From Clostridia bacterium (GTDB lineage: Bacteria > Bacillota > Clostridia > Oscillospirales > QAKW01), in contig JAFTZM010000008.1 of the NCBI GenBank assembly GCA_017464525.1, positions 29,623 to 93,622 of the forward strand: 64,000 nt of DNA. Direction: 5' to 3'. Below the pieces are notes generated by a model, which made no database searches, had not been told where the DNA came from, and was given only the letters and a program-made list of their open reading frames with translations. Both the position numbers and the translations under genes were made by a program. This document shows, one piece after another, positions 20,255-28,615 of this stretch. The stretch's first letter is position 1, and every line of letters starts with the position of its first letter.

Positions 20255-23200
20255 ATGGTCACAAGAAAGACAAGACTGATGTCCGGTTTTGTTGCCATCA
20301 TGATGATCATCTCGCTGTTTACCGCATTTGTGATCCCGGTAAGCGCCGAGAGCGGTACTGTAGCAGGTACCGGCCTTTATGATGCTACAGCCTTGCCGGA
20401 TATCGCAGATGGCTATACCGGCGCAACGGCCTATCAGGTCAAGGATGCTGCCGGTCTTCATGCCTTGGCTGATATTGTAAACGAGGATAGATTCAATCTG
20501 TCCGGGGTTACGATCTATCAGACTGCCGATATCGATCTGGGCTGGGAGCCCTTTGCCGGTATCGGTTATAACCATGGCTCCGGCACCGCAAGGCAGGGCT
20601 TTAGCGGTACCTATGACGGTAACGGCTTTATTATCGAGGGCCTTTATATTGCTCGTACCGGCGATAGTGTTGGCTCTTCCGGTCTCTTTGGTACACTTAA
20701 CAGCGGTGCTACCGTTAAGAACGTTGGTATCGCCAGCGGTTTTGTGTATGGCCGTGTTTGGGTCGGCGCTATTGTGGGCCGTACCAACGGAAATAATAAG
20801 ATCTTGAACTGCTGGAGCGCTGCTACTGTTGTGGCTACCGATGCCATGAGCGCCGGCGGTATCGTGGGCTCCCTGGCCGGCGGCGGCGTAGTTGCTGCTA
20901 ATTGCTACAATTTGGGCCTGCTGATCTGCTCCACCGGTAAGATCGCCGGTATCTCCGGCTGGACCAATAACGCCGATGCTGTACTTGCAGATAACTACAA
21001 TGCCGGTCAGATTGTTGGCCATTTCAACGGTCTTGCTGCCGGTGAACCCAACTGTATGTATGACTATTCCCCCATCGTCATTCACGATTATTCCCAGGAA
21101 CGTGCTACCGCATCCGAGAATAACTACTATGTGAAGGGCCGCGGTAAGATCAGCTCTGTGAAGGAGTCCGGTTTGACCGAGGTTCCCCGCGATGATAAGG
21201 TTGTTGCCCTTGTTGCCAGCGATGCTGCCACCGGTGTGGAGGCATCTGCCCTGACCGACGGCACTCTGGCTGCTGCCCTGAACGGTGACGGTCTGGATTA
21301 TGCCCCCGATGGTTACACCATGGCCTATGAGAACGTGGAAGGCGTGGGCTATCCTGTGCTGACCTATCGCAAGGACGGTGCCATCGTGGCTCAGCGCACC
21401 GCCACCGCTACCGATCTGGTGAACGGCGACGATACCGCTTTGGCTAACAGCACCGTATGGCAGGCTTTCAAGTCCTGGGCAGACGGCAAAGGCCCCTCTT
21501 CCATCTTTGAGATGGAGATCACCCTGACCAGCGCTGCCGATCTGTGGCTGGTTGCTATGGTCAGCGGTACCAATACCTTTAAGGGTACCATCAATCTGGG
21601 CGCCGATATTGATATGGCCGATCTGGCTGTTAACGGCGTAAAGTATCATATTCCCATCGCTGCTGCCGGCGGGAACTTCAACGGCACCTTCGATGGCCAG
21701 AACCACATCATTAAGAACTGGACTGTTTATGCCCCCATGTTCGGTGAGTCCCCCCGCGGCGGCCTGATTTCCCATGTAAACGGCGCTACTGTGAAGAACG
21801 TGGGTATGGTCGATTCCTACACCAGATATGAGCGTCTGACCCACGAGGTCAACTACGGCTACGTGTATCCCGCTCTGCTGGTTGAGCGTGAGCCCACCAG
21901 TGAGCAGACCTACACTACCCTGACCATGGACAACTGCTTTGCAGAGGGTACCGTATACTGCGAAAATGTCAATAACGTCAATAATGTCGGCGGTGTCTTC
22001 AGTACCGCATGGGGCGATGACGTTGCCATCACCAACTGCTGGTCCGATGTAAACTACATCGATGCTGTTAGTGCTAAGGCCGGTAAGGGCCGTGCTATGG
22101 GTAAACTGAATACCACCAGCATCGCTGTATCCGGCATCTATCAGGTGGACGACGGCACCTTCATTCCCGGTGCCGATAACCTTTCCGACGATCTTTCTAC
22201 CCACCTCACCGACGTGAGCTGCAAGGATGCTTCCTTGGCTGCCGCTCTGAACGAGAAGATGGGCGAGAAGTGGATCTACAACGGTGAGTACACCACCTTC
22301 GCCGGCAACACCGCTCCTGCTGCTACCAAGGTGGAGCAGGCTGCCAAGGCTGCCGCTAAGCTGGCTGAGCTGGACTTCACCTACTTTGCTGAGGCCGATG
22401 CCCTGCAGGCTGCTTACGATGCGCTGGTTACCGCTACGGATGAAGCTGCTGCTACCACCGCTCTGGCTGCCTACGCTGCTCTGACCTATACCATCAAGGA
22501 TGGCGTATATGTTCCCATTACCAAGGCAGAGATCTACCTGCCCTATATGGATACCATCAATTGGGGCATCTCCACCTTTGAAGATTGGGCCGCTTTTGCG
22601 CATCTTTCTGTCAATTCTTATTTTGTAGGGCAGAACTTTCACCTGACCAATGATATCGACATGGGCAACCGCGCTGTCGATTCTGTCAACCCCCAGCACT
22701 ATTATCTGAATGATAAGGGTGAGGCCAAGAGCGTCGGTACCACCTTCCAGGGTGTCTTCGACGGTCACGGCTATGTTCTGAAGAACTACCGCAATAACAT
22801 CAACCTGACCTACTACTACAAGGCCGGTGTATTTGGTGACATCTCCAAGGGTACCATCAAGAACTTTGGTGTTGCCAGCGGCTTGGTCAAGTGCTACAAC
22901 AGCCAGAATAAGATCGAGCCTCTGATCGGCGGTCTCGCCGGCGTTTCCACCAATAATGCTAAGGTCAGCTACTGCTGGTTCGGCGCTGATATTGATGCTA
23001 CTTCTTTCACCAGCACCAGCCCCGGCATCACCATTTCCGGTATCGCCCGTACCACCAACGACGGTAACGTGATCGATAACTGCTATGCGACCGGTAATAT
23101 TTCCGGTAATACCGGCGCTGCCTCCTATGCCGGCGGTCTTTCCGGTTATTCTCAGGCTTCCGGTGAGTTCTATAACTGCTTCTACGGCGGCGGTACTCTT

Positions 23201-26200
23201 TCTGGCAAGACACCCGGTTTGCTGCGCTACAACGGTGATGCTAAGGAAGCTTATTTTGCAAACACTTACATCTGCGGTCCCTATAGCTTTGACCCACAGA
23301 AAACGCATGCCAATGAAGCCAACTATGAGCTGGGCGCTGATGCCTACTCCACCGGTGAGCTGGCTTACCGCCTGAATACCGGTTATGTGGAGGGCAAGGG
23401 TACCAAGGGCTATTACACCCTGGCGGACAGCAAGACCGTATTCGGTACCGAAGCCAACCAGACCCGCAAGCTGACCATTGAAAAGAAGCTGGAGGACGGT
23501 TCTCTGGTAGAGTCCACCGCCGAGTATGTCAATGCCGGCACCGTTTATACCATCAATGCTCCTGCCGGTTATGAGCCGGTGGCCGAGGGCCTCAATCAGT
23601 ACGATGCCGAGGCCGGCACCTTTGTGATGCCCACCACCGATGCCACTCTGGTTCTGCAGTTCTCCGGCGAGGCCGATGCGTTGATGCAGAATATTGTGGA
23701 TTCCTATGCCCCGTTTATCGAGGGCTATGAGGAGGATTTCGACCTCTTCAATCAGGAAGAAAAGATGCGTGCATCCTATAATGCCGCCCTCTCCGTGCTG
23801 GAAGGCACCGCCGAGGATGTTCCCGCTGCAGTTGCTACTGCTACCGAGAATTTTGTTGCAGTTGCAAACCTCACCCTCAAGAAAGCTTATCCCTACTATC
23901 CTTCCCTGAGAAATATTGAGGTCTATAAGGATCTGAATACCGCCAATGCGGAAGGCCGCATTAACTGGGGTATCCATTCTGTTGAGGATTGGAAATACCT
24001 TATCGAGGATAGGTTCGATCCCGCTTCTGCCAAGTATCTGGGCAGTGATCCTAACACCAAGATCAACGGTAAGGACGGAAATTATACCTACATCCTGAAT
24101 GTGACCCATGATCTGGACTTTAACAACGAAGAAATGTCTCCGCTTTACTGCGACACCAACTGGACCCTGGACGGCCACGGCAATTCCTTCAAGAATGTTA
24201 ATATCGTGGAAACCATCGCTGATCCTGAAAGTGCAACCTATGTAGGTCTGCTGGGTGGCCAGCCTTGGAACGTGATTATCCAGAATCTAGGTATGGAAGG
24301 CGGTACTGTGAAGGTTACCGGTACCAATGCTAACGCCAAGTCCGTTTATGTATCTTCCTTCTATGGCTACAACGGCGGCTATTCTGCGCGCCTCTTCAAC
24401 TCCTGGAGTACCGCAGATGTAATTCTGGATGTGGCCGGCGGTTCCGACCTCATCGCATCCGGTTTGATCAACTTCACCCGTCCCGTTGCAGTTACTAACT
24501 GCTATTTCGGCGGTACTGTTACCTCCAACGGTAAGTCTGCTGTGATCTGGTGCACCGACGGATCCAGCGATGAGATCTATAAGAATGTATGGAGCTCCGC
24601 AGAAGGTCTGCAGTTCTCCAATATTGCAAACGGCGCTTCCTCCACCGCAGGAGTCGTTTCCGCCGATGCTGTTGAGTCCGGCGAGATCGCTTACCTGCTG
24701 AACAATAACTATACTGCCTGCAACTATGATAGCTACTATCCCGCAGGCCACCCCTACTTCGATGTAGTTGACGGTGTTACCGTCCGTGTCGATGCCGATC
24801 CCGAACTGAGAAAGATCACCATGAAGCTGGCCGGCTACGAGGATAAGACCCTCTACGGCAGCGACGGTGAGACTGTTACCCTGAACTATGTGGATGGCGC
24901 TTCCTACGCCATTGCCTCCGGCAACGGTACTCTGGAGGGTGATCAGCTGACCATCGACGGCGAGGCTATCATCACCGTAACTGCCGAGAACATCCTCATT
25001 CTGGATGAGTTGAAGGCAGCCGTTGCCCTCTACGACGGCAAGAACACTGCCTACTACACCAATGATAACGGCGATTCCCTCGCCGAGATCCTGGCCACCG
25101 CCAATGGCATCATCGCCGGAGATGTGCAGGCCGATCAGGCTATGGTAAATGCCTATGCTGAGATGGTGAAGAGTTTCTATCTGGCCGATGCATATCCTGC
25201 TCTGCCCAAGATGTCCGAATATGCCACTTATCCCGGATTGAGCGGATATCTGGTCTACGACCTGGCTGATCTGGAGGCTGTTGTGAAGAGCATGGGCAAC
25301 CTCACCGCCGAGCAGACCATCTACCTGATGGCTGATATCGAGGTGACCGAAGGCTCTGTTGCCAATAGCATGAAGGGTCTGAAGGCCAGCATCGACGGTA
25401 ATGGCTATGCCATCAAGAATGTTCACGTTGTGGGCGTTGAAGACGACTGGGGCGGCAGCGCCTGGTTGGGCAACTACACCGGCTTGAGCATCAAGAACTT
25501 GGTAATCGATGGCTGGACCACCGAGACGATGGGCTGGCAGGCTGCTCTGCTGGTAAGCACCGCTTCGGCCGATACCACTTTTGAGAATATTACCATTAAG
25601 AATTCTACCGTTACCGGCGGTACTGTTCGGAACGGTCTGGGTGCTCTGATTGGTATTGTTCGTACTACTACGATCACTGTTAAGAACATTCGCATCGAAA
25701 ACACGACCTTGCTTCGCAATTCCGGAAACTTCGGCTTTGTTCTGGGTCGTAACGAAAACGGTGTAGCCAACATTGATGGCGTATATCTGGTCAACAATAC
25801 CATCGGTGCGGTGGATGAGAATGTTAACCAAGGCGCCAGCGGCCGCGGTATTCTGGTCGGTGAGTCTACCGGATCTACCGCTTTGAAGAACATCGCTGTA
25901 TTCAACACCTCCTTTAAGGATGATGTTACTGTTCTTGGCGTTCTTGCCGGTTGCCTGAAGGTAGGCGACGACGGCGCAAGTGCCGGCAACACCGCCGCTT
26001 CCTTGTCCATGAGTAACATTATGGTTGAGGATTGTGGCGATGCGCCCCTGATCTATAAGGCTAATGCCAATGGCACCTGCACCTATAGCAATGTTTATAC
26101 CGATGCTGAAAAGATCATCGGAAAGAATGATGAGGTTGCAAACCTCACTGCTCTGACTGCAGATCAGTATACAGAAGCTGCGTTCACCATGAACCTCACC

Positions 26201-27655
26201 AGCGAGATCGTGAAGTGGGAAGTTCCTGCTGAAGGTTATCCCGAATTTGATACCGACGGTAAGGGTCTGCCTCTGGCTATCTCCTTCTCTGCAACCGATA
26301 GCGATCCTACTACTACTGATGTAAATGAAACCCTCTTCACCAACACCGAGGGTAAGGTGATCGGTATCACCAACGAGCTGAAGGAAGCCGCCATCTGGGA
26401 GAACGCCGATGAGTGGTCCACCATGACCTTCACCGAGAATACCACCATTTCCGGTACTCCCATTACTTACCATGTTTGCGTCTGGGGCAACCACAGCCAC
26501 ATCGACGGAACCGACACCCACTATGCTGAGTGTATCTGGACCGACGGCACAATTGAATGTCCCAAGACTGCAACTCAGGATTGCGACTTTACCACTTCTG
26601 CCACTACTGTGGATCCCGACGCTGAGCCCGAGGCTGCTGCTCACAGCGCAACCTGCGCCTGCGGCAATACCTCCGGTGAGACCCTCTGCTCTGCTAATGC
26701 GGATACTTGGGTGGTGACCACCACCGAGCCTACCTGCGATAAGGAAGGCTCCACCATCTACAATTGTACCGTTTGCGGCTACATTCATGTAGACACCACC
26801 GATTCCAAGGGTCACACTTATCCCGAGACCTGGACCAAGGATGAGGTCGCTGAGGGCGAGACCCAGACTCATAGCCACGCTTGCATCAACGAGTGCGGCA
26901 CCACCGAGTCCGAGCCTTGCACCTACACCAATGGCAATTGGGAGGTCACCGAGGCTACCGCCACCTCCACCGGCGAGAAGAAGATGCCCTGCGATAAGAA
27001 CTGCGGCTCTTACCTGGTAGAGATCATTCCCGCTCTGGGCAATGTTACCATCGAGGCCGAGACCGGCATCGTGGGCGAGACCATGGAGGTCGAGGTTGTG
27101 CTGAATAATAACTCCGGTCTGTCCGGCGCTGATATCACCATCACCTACGATTCCGACGCTCTCGTTCTGGAGACCGTTACCGCCGGTGATTGGGAACTGC
27201 CTCTCCTGAGCAATGGTCCTGTTACCGAGCCCGATGAGGACGGTATGGTTTCCGTTATCGCCAACTTCGCCATTTATGGCACCATCGAAGAGGACGGCAC
27301 CATCATCAAGCTCACCTTCAAGGTGAAGGAAGATGCTGTTCCCGGTGATTATGCCTTTGGCGTGGATGTTTTCGCCTCCGATTTCGACGGCAACGAGTTC
27401 AGCTTCATTCCTTATGAAGGTACTGTGACCGTTTCCAGCATCGTTCGCGGCGATATCAACGGCGACCGCTATGTCACCATTGCCGATGCAGTTCTGATGC
27501 TCCGTGTTGCCAGCGGCGAGACCAACCTCCCCGAGGGTCTGAATCTCGAAGCTGCTGATATCATCACCGAAACCAATACGGATGAATTCACCGTCAACAC
27601 CGACGATGTTATTCAGGTTCTGAAGTATCTGAACGGTGAGATCACGGTTCTTTGA
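20255..27655 (+). CDS. Giant secreted protein E (2466 aa): signal peptide, 5 GLUG-like beta-helix modules, Cys/His-rich spacer, 1 cohesin-like domain, dockerin
   Basis: RBS AGGAGG; five 'DGxG/N' modules; cohesin 'VGETMEVEVVLNNNSGLSG'; dockerin 'GDINGDRYVTIADAVLMLR'. Confidence 0.9.
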   Translation: MVTRKTRLMSGFVAIMMIISLFTAFVIPVSAESGTVAGTGLYDATALPDIADGYTGATAYQVKDAAGLHALADIVNEDRFNLSGVTIYQTADIDLGWEPFAGIGYNHGSGTARQGFSGTYDGNGFIIEGLYIARTGDSVGSSGLFGTLNSGATVKNVGIASGFVYGRVWVGAIVGRTNGNNKILNCWSAATVVATDAMSAGGIVGSLAGGGVVAANCYNLGLLICSTGKIAGISGWTNNADAVLADNYNAGQIVGHFNGLAAGEPNCMYDYSPIVIHDYSQERATASENNYYVKGRGKISSVKESGLTEVPRDDKVVALVASDAATGVEASALTDGTLAAALNGDGLDYAPDGYTMAYENVEGVGYPVLTYRKDGAIVAQRTATATDLVNGDDTALANSTVWQAFKSWADGKGPSSIFEMEITLTSAADLWLVAMVSGTNTFKGTINLGADIDMADLAVNGVKYHIPIAAAGGNFNGTFDGQNHIIKNWTVYAPMFGESPRGGLISHVNGATVKNVGMVDSYTRYERLTHEVNYGYVYPALLVEREPTSEQTYTTLTMDNCFAEGTVYCENVNNVNNVGGVFSTAWGDDVAITNCWSDVNYIDAVSAKAGKGRAMGKLNTTSIAVSGIYQVDDGTFIPGADNLSDDLSTHLTDVSCKDASLAAALNEKMGEKWIYNGEYTTFAGNTAPAATKVEQAAKAAAKLAELDFTYFAEADALQAAYDALVTATDEAAATTALAAYAALTYTIKDGVYVPITKAEIYLPYMDTINWGISTFEDWAAFAHLSVNSYFVGQNFHLTNDIDMGNRAVDSVNPQHYYLNDKGEAKSVGTTFQGVFDGHGYVLKNYRNNINLTYYYKAGVFGDISKGTIKNFGVASGLVKCYNSQNKIEPLIGGLAGVSTNNAKVSYCWFGADIDATSFTSTSPGITISGIARTTNDGNVIDNCYATGNISGNTGAASYAGGLSGYSQASGEFYNCFYGGGTLSGKTPGLLRYNGDAKEAYFANTYICGPYSFDPQKTHANEANYELGADAYSTGELAYRLNTGYVEGKGTKGYYTLADSKTVFGTEANQTRKLTIEKKLEDGSLVESTAEYVNAGTVYTINAPAGYEPVAEGLNQYDAEAGTFVMPTTDATLVLQFSGEADALMQNIVDSYAPFIEGYEEDFDLFNQEEKMRASYNAALSVLEGTAEDVPAAVATATENFVAVANLTLKKAYPYYPSLRNIEVYKDLNTANAEGRINWGIHSVEDWKYLIEDRFDPASAKYLGSDPNTKINGKDGNYTYILNVTHDLDFNNEEMSPLYCDTNWTLDGHGNSFKNVNIVETIADPESATYVGLLGGQPWNVIIQNLGMEGGTVKVTGTNANAKSVYVSSFYGYNGGYSARLFNSWSTADVILDVAGGSDLIASGLINFTRPVAVTNCYFGGTVTSNGKSAVIWCTDGSSDEIYKNVWSSAEGLQFSNIANGASSTAGVVSADAVESGEIAYLLNNNYTACNYDSYYPAGHPYFDVVDGVTVRVDADPELRKITMKLAGYEDKTLYGSDGETVTLNYVDGASYAIASGNGTLEGDQLTIDGEAIITVTAENILILDELKAAVALYDGKNTAYYTNDNGDSLAEILATANGIIAGDVQADQAMVNAYAEMVKSFYLADAYPALPKMSEYATYPGLSGYLVYDLADLEAVVKSMGNLTAEQTIYLMADIEVTEGSVANSMKGLKASIDGNGYAIKNVHVVGVEDDWGGSAWLGNYTGLSIKNLVIDGWTTETMGWQAALLVSTASADTTFENITIKNSTVTGGTVRNGLGALIGIVRTTTITVKNIRIENTTLLRNSGNFGFVLGRNENGVANIDGVYLVNNTIGAVDENVNQGASGRGILVGESTGSTALKNIAVFNTSFKDDVTVLGVLAGCLKVGDDGASAGNTAASLSMSNIMVEDCGDAPLIYKANANGTCTYSNVYTDAEKIIGKNDEVANLTALTADQYTEAAFTMNLTSEIVKWEVPAEGYPEFDTDGKGLPLAISFSATDSDPTTTDVNETLFTNTEGKVIGITNELKEAAIWENADEWSTMTFTENTTISGTPITYHVCVWGNHSHIDGTDTHYAECIWTDGTIECPKTATQDCDFTTSATTVDPDAEPEAAAHSATCACGNTSGETLCSANADTWVVTTTEPTCDKEGSTIYNCTVCGYIHVDTTDSKGHTYPETWTKDEVAEGETQTHSHACINECGTTESEPCTYTNGNWEVTEATATSTGEKKMPCDKNCGSYLVEIIPALGNVTIEAETGIVGETMEVEVVLNNNSGLSGADITITYDSDALVLETVTAGDWELPLLSNGPVTEPDEDGMVSVIANFAIYGTIEEDGTIIKLTFKVKEDAVPGDYAFGVDVFASDFDGNEFSFIPYEGTVTVSSIVRGDINGDRYVTIADAVLMLRVASGETNLPEGLNLEAADIITETNTDEFTVNTDDVIQVLKYLNGEITVL

Positions 27656-27672
27656 ACCCATCTCTTTCAATC

Positions 27673-27705
27673 AAAGAGCGCAGGCGAAAGCCTGTGCTCT
27701 TTTTT
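27673..27705 (+). terminator. Rho-independent terminator
   Basis: AAAGAGCGCAGGC-GAAA-GCCTGTGCTCTTTTTT. Confidence 0.85.
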
Positions 27706-27763
27706 GCCAAAATATGCGCAATTTTAAAGACTCGTCTAAAAAAATACACATAACGTGTAAAAC

Positions 27764-27807
27764 AAGCAACATAATGTGGTATCTTTTTTTTGAAGATTTG
27801 ATATAAT
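27764..27807 (+). promoter_or_regulatory. Promoter with conserved operator-like motif (copy 5)
   Basis: AAGCAACATAA (G at 27766) and TGaTATAAT with hexamer at 27802. Confidence 0.65.
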
Positions 27808-27863
27808 TATATTATCTATAGGCAAGTTGTATGGCTTGTATTATTGTAAATGGAGGTTTACTT

Positions 27864-28538
27864 ATGTTTAAAAGAGTATGTTCTGTTGTTGTAATGATCG
27901 CTATGTTGCTCTGCATGGGCGTTGTTGCTAATGCTGAAGGGGAAGCAACCTTTGTGCTCACCCCCGATGATAACGAGGTGGTTGCCGGTGATTCCTTCAC
28001 CGTGGCAGTCTCTCTGGCCAATAACCCCGGTGTGACCGGCATTGTGTATGATATCGAATTTGATGATGCAAAATTGACCCTGAACAGCGCCGCTCTGGGT
28101 AAGGATGTGACCGGCTTTGCCGAAGGCCCCAATAAGGCGGGAGGTGTTTATAAGGTTTCCTTTGCGAATACCACCGCCATTGAAGGCACTACCACTCTGC
28201 TGGTTCTCTCCTTCACCGTGAATGAGGATACCGAACTGGGCGATTATCAGATCAAGGTCTCCAGCGCCGATGTTTCCGATGACGATACTGCCAGCGTTGC
28301 CACCGCCGCCGGCACCACCACCATCACCGTGATCGATTACCTCTGGGGTGACGTAAATGATGATGGAGTGGCCGATGGTTTGGATGCAGTGCTGATCATG
28401 CAGTATGCTGCAGGAACTATTGATTATGAGGATCTTGCTCAGCCCAAGGCCGCTTACACCAACGACGATGAGACCATCGACGGCCTGGATGCAGTTTTGA
28501 TCATGCAGTATGCGGCCGGTATCTACCAGCCCGAATAA
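27864..28538 (+). CDS. Small adaptor scaffoldin F: signal peptide, 1 cohesin, 1 symmetric dockerin (ScaC-like architecture)
   Basis: Start reassigned to ATG 27864 (GGAGG RBS). Cohesin 'AGDSFTVAVSLANNPGVTG'; dockerin with duplicated 'DGLDAVLIMQYAAG'. Confidence 0.85.
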   Translation: MFKRVCSVVVMIAMLLCMGVVANAEGEATFVLTPDDNEVVAGDSFTVAVSLANNPGVTGIVYDIEFDDAKLTLNSAALGKDVTGFAEGPNKAGGVYKVSFANTTAIEGTTTLLVLSFTVNEDTELGDYQIKVSSADVSDDDTASVATAAGTTTITVIDYLWGDVNDDGVADGLDAVLIMQYAAGTIDYEDLAQPKAAYTNDDETIDGLDAVLIMQYAAGIYQPE

Positions 28539-28560
28539 ATCCAAATAAATATGCATATCC

Positions 28561-28590
28561 AATAGGAACCATCCAAGGGTGGTTCCTATT
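28561..28590 (+). other. Intergenic stem-loop without U-tract between F and G
   Basis: AATAGGAACCATCC-AA-GGGTGGTTCCTATT; no promoter motif seen before G. Confidence 0.7.
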
Positions 28591-28615
28591 AGTGCGAGAG
28601 GAGAAGGAGAAGAAT

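Noticed and set aside
1704-27655. M26/ZmpB IgA-protease call for the GLUG-like giants
   Set aside because: No HExxH zinc motif found; the 'HEMTK' in the repeats lacks the second His.
1644-27670. Very long minus-strand ORFs (e.g. 9582-15497, 15582-20141, 20117-24178, 24287-27670)
   Set aside because: Antisense shadows of strongly codon-biased genes. The same shadows occur opposite ribosomal and EEP genes, and they show no RBS or recognisable domains.
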